Source: Nemertoderma westbladi
Taxonomy: Eukaryota > Animalia > Xenacoelomorpha
Direction of reading: 5' to 3'
DNA length: 34,481 nt
Assembly (NCBI GenBank): GCA_032718475.1
Contig: JAUCBJ010006105.1
Span: 1-34,481 of the forward strand
Within the stretch, counting starts at the first letter, position 1. Every line of letters begins with the position of its first letter. A program made the translations under genes and the position numbers. Of the stretch, positions 30,601 to 34,481 are shown one piece after another. The notes beneath the pieces were generated by a model, which saw nothing but the letters and a program-made list of their open reading frames with translations, ran no database searches and was not told the DNA's origin.

Positions 30601-31722
30601 CTGATTCAGGGACTGACATTGAGTATAGTACAGGTACAGGCAGACAGGCAGACAGGCCACAATGGTATTACTGCAGTACTGTCGTGACTGTAATTTCGTA
30701 ATTTGCTAGAAACCCAGCTGATTTAGTCTCCTAGCAACCTGCTGATGTCAAGCGTTATAATTTTGGATAAATAAACTTATTATAACTGTAAGACAGATAC
30801 ACTGGTGCTACACGAAGGCCCCAGCAAATTCAACTTGGAAATTTCTAAACTTTTGACAGACTATTTGTGTACCAAGTTTGGTTACATTTCATCGAGGATT
30901 AATCGAGTTATTAACGTTCAAAATTGAACACCACAAAAAAAGCTACAGAACGACAGAACGACAGGTTGATTAATGGTACCACTACGCTAAGGCTCACTCA
31001 CTTCGTGGCTCGCCCCACAGAACGGCAGGTTGATTAATGGTACCCCTACGCTAAGGCTCACTCAATTCGCGGCTCGCCCCACAACAGAACAACAGATCAA
31101 CAGAACAACAGATCAACAGAAACATCAGACACACCGATTGAGTTAGTGGTACCACCTGTATGCTAAGCTCGCTTACTTTCGTCACTCGCCCCACTAAAAC
31201 TTGGCAAGTAATATACTTCTCTGTAGTTTGAGTGTATCCGTACCAGCTGGTATTTCTATCATTGAGTCTATGGCCATTCAATACTATATAAAGGGTATTG
31301 AAATAGCGCCTCCAACAATACTATATAAATTGAAAATTTTAATATAATCCCTAATTAATCCACACAAATAATTTAATAATCGATAGTGTAGTAAATAGAT
31401 ATGTAAAAGCATCTCCAATATCTCGGTTATCACTCATTAATTTGTTTGTTTTGGTTATCGTTTCGTTAACAATCTTCTCCCATTTTTCACTCCTTGCGAT
31501 AAATCCATTAACATTAAAACCCATTAAACATTAAATCCATTAAACATTATAATATTTGCGTGTCTGTCTCGATGATGTCGTAGAGGCATTAAAATATAAA
31601 TTGAAATATAACTTGCGAATTAATATATACTTCGCGATACGCATTGGCCTACACACAAACACTTATAACGAACCTGCTGCCTATTAATAGGCCAGGGTAG
31701 TTCTTGTCAAGAGTTGAGCCAT

Positions 31723-31860
31723 TCAAAAACACGATGTGGTTGTGTGTGTGTGTGGGGGGGTGTGTGTATGTATAACCAACCAATATCTCAAAAACACGAT
31801 GTGGTTGTGTGTGTGTGTGTGGGGGGTGTGTGTATGTATAACCAACCAATATCTCAAAAA
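31723..31860 (+). repeat. ~66-bp tandem duplication containing a (GT)n tract
   Basis: TCAAAAACACGATGTGGT(TG)nGGGGG...AACCAACCAATATC occurs twice. Confidence 0.9.
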
Positions 31861-32854
31861 CTCGAAGCAGGTACGCAAAAATTTTAATAACAAACTCTAC
31901 AAAGATTTTGGTTGCGCACAAGACTGTATATTTTTTGTGGCGTTTTGATCACGGGGTCACTGAAAAATAGCGGTTTTGAAAATTTAAAGTCAAATTTCAC
32001 CGATTTCAACTCGTCGTGTATGCACCAACTTTTTTATTTGGGCTATTCAATCATTTGAGCAATATATTTGAGACTCAGAATCTTGTCAAATATCGCCAAT
32101 CTCGCACAGAACGTCGCCAAAATTTATTAGTCCGGCAAAAAAACGCACAAATTCGTCTAAAAGAGTAAATTATTGGTTTTAGAATAATATGATTCAACTA
32201 GAAAAGCCAGCACGCTGGCTGCTATTAGGAGACCGTCCATAGACAAACGTGATGTAGCTGGGTCCCTCCTCATACATTATCATCAACCTATGAAACAATT
32301 GAACGGCCCAGTGCTTACAATTCAATCAGCTGGCCTCCCACCTAACATAGAGTAGCAGTGAGTAACCTTATAGATATTCCCATAGGATTCACTGGGAAGA
32401 GCTATTCTGCTGTCGGGGTAATACATTTTACAAACTAACAGTTTGATGTTTGATTACTGTCTGGGATAGAGAGAGTTATAAAGCAAGTAATATAGAGTAC
32501 TTCTGTGCAGTTTTGGCCTATCCATTCAATCACTAGTAGTAGCTTTCTGGTGTTTCTTTTCTATTATTGAGTTGATGGCAATTTTCGTGTTTACATTTTC
32601 GCTTACTCAGGGTACTGGTTTGGGGGCAGGTTTGTTTAAAGCCAGCTTGCTGGCTTTCTAGTAATATATCACCTTATATATACGCTTGCTTGGCTTAGTG
32701 ATTTTCAACGGATATTCCAATATTGTGACTAAGTAATGGACAGAAAAGTTAATTTTTTGTCAAACTGAATGGTCATGCGTAAACCCAATAACAAAAGTTG
32801 GATGGAACTATGGGAAACAAAAACATCGTACGTTGTATTAAATTAATTTACTAT

Positions 32855-33125
32855 GGAACGAGCCACGATTAGTGAGCGAAGCTACTAACGCACAATTTCA
32901 ATTAGTATTAGGGCCTAAAATCATGTCCGTCTGTCTGTCTGTCTGTCTGTAATAGAAAATTAAATCATTTTTAAGCCTTTACTCAATTTCAACCTAATTT
33001 GGATGGACCTACTAGAGGAAAAGTTCCAATATTTTGGACATTTTCGAGGAGCATTCGTGCTGCACGAGTCAAGTACTCGGGTTACTCGTTCTCGAGTAAG
33101 CAGCCGCTTGTGCTGAGCGACGCTA
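32855..33125 (+). mobile_element. DINE-1/HINE-like non-autonomous element fragment
   Basis: CGAGCCACGA...GTGAG motif related to 21231, a GTCC(GTCT)n microsatellite at ~32926-32950 and a TTCGTGC.GCACGA hairpin. The assignment rests on architecture only. Confidence 0.4.
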
Positions 33126-34393
33126 CACGTACGTTTATTTATATACTACGAGACGTTCGAATAGGCTGGAGTCCTGAAGTGTTATAGTGGAACCACAAAC
33201 ATATCCACATCCACACACATACATACTAATAAAGGTGTCGCGATGTCGGGTTATAATTCTACTCCAGCTCTCCGAAATGTTGATCCAATCGACGATAAAC
33301 AAACCGAAAATGTACAAAAAAACATATCAATTTCAGGGTCTTCATAACTCGGTGAAAAGGGCTCCTTACCGCAACGCTTGCGTTGCGTTTCTAGTAGTGT
33401 ATTTAGCAAATTCTACAGTAAATTAAACAAGCTGGCAAGCCTGGAGGGTTCACGGTCCTCCTACTTAATCAGTACAATAATAATACGTTTTCATTCGGCA
33501 TTCGGGTAGGCCTATGTTTCCTTTTCACTTGTTCCCATCGTAGGCGACCTCATGCTCATCCCACCACGACCACGACCACCAGTTACGAGTTGGGTAGGCG
33601 TCTACCGGCAACCGGTAAGTAATTACGCGCCACACGACGTCATCCCGCCATCCGCCAACATTTATACCGGTACGGTAAGCCTACCACCTACCGGCTGGCT
33701 ACCATCGCACCGTAGGTCTACCGCCTACGCCTACCGGTAACGGTAGGCTACTGCGTACCGGTACAGCGGTACTCAAAGTCGTACCGGTATTGTCGTAATT
33801 GACAAATGCAGGATTAAACCGTAACCCGTTCCAGTACCGGTACCATATGCATCTGAACGACTGGACGGTTAATCTCATAGCATAGCTGCATAGGCCTACC
33901 GGTAGTCAGTGCGAAATCGCCTGCGAACATGGCGAAATATTATATTTACTGCTAGGGCTAGGCTAGGACCTACTGCTGTACTGACCTATGACAGTATGAA
34001 GATAGGTAGATAGGCCTACAGTGGTCCGGTAGTACCGGTCCGGTATGCCTACTACAGGCAGACAATCAGACAGTACTAGCAGTGCTAATTAATTACCTTA
34101 ATTAAATCTTCAATTAGGTCATAATATAGGTCCAAATTTAAAAATCGGCCTCCGTTAATCGATTTAGAAATAATTCAGGTACCTCCATGCCAAATATCAG
34201 AATCATTCATTGCGTTCCCTATGACAAGATAGCTTTTTCCTAAACCATGCGAAAACACGCAAATATAGCGCTCACATCGCACAAATACCATCTCGACACC
34301 CAATTTTTTGTATGAGCCTTCGCCATCCCTATATCTAACTTTTGTCCAAATTTTGTTTCGATTGATTAATAAATAACTGAGATATCGCTCTGG

Positions 34394-34440
34394 ACACACA
34401 CACACACACACACACACACTAACACACACACACACACACA
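34394..34440 (+). repeat. (CA)n microsatellite, probably within a non-autonomous element
   Basis: Direct reading. Confidence 0.9.
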
Positions 34441-34481
34441 TTACGGTAATAATGGTCACTTATGTCAAGGACCGTGAACCA

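Noticed and set aside
32495-32660. Possible second minus-strand exon (KASKLALNKPAPKPVP...)
   Set aside because: In-frame stops follow and the acceptor lacks a good pyrimidine tract.
16479-34459. Numerous 60-126-aa ORFs in the right half
   Set aside because: They fall in repeats, LTRs or microsatellites, vary by frameshift between repeat copies and show no recognisable motifs.

Overview
AT-rich, repeat-dominated eukaryotic (probably invertebrate) DNA with no complete host gene. The main feature is a plus-strand BEL/Pao LTR retrotransposon (about 2517-15796, 5' end missing). It has gag-PR-RT-RNase H-IN in one frame with a single in-frame TAG. Between pol and an unusually long 2.1-kb 3' LTR lies a further reading frame of about 1158 codons (9576-13052), split only by in-frame stops. 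This frame is not env-like: it encodes a WRN/EXD-type DEDDy 3'-5' exonuclease-like domain with altered acidic motifs, followed by three CCHC knuckles. The same element carries five copies of one hairpin (CAAACC-YGYG-GGTTTG), a strong sense-strand excess of GGTAAG splice-donor motifs and a structured intergenic spacer. Together these suggest an element-encoded RNA-binding protein plus cis-acting RNA sites, which is a hypothesis only. A second BEL/Pao element (minus strand: gag, tRNA-iMet-type PBS, short LTR candidate) appears to be inserted into the first element's gag. The right half holds a solo copy of the long LTR with a 5-bp TSD, itself interrupted by a TIR element containing a 19-bp minisatellite. 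It also holds a tRNA-promoter/hammerhead-ribozyme repeat, ~1.5-kb tandem units, large inverted repeats and one candidate host exon. All domain calls come from motif recognition by eye; no searches were run.
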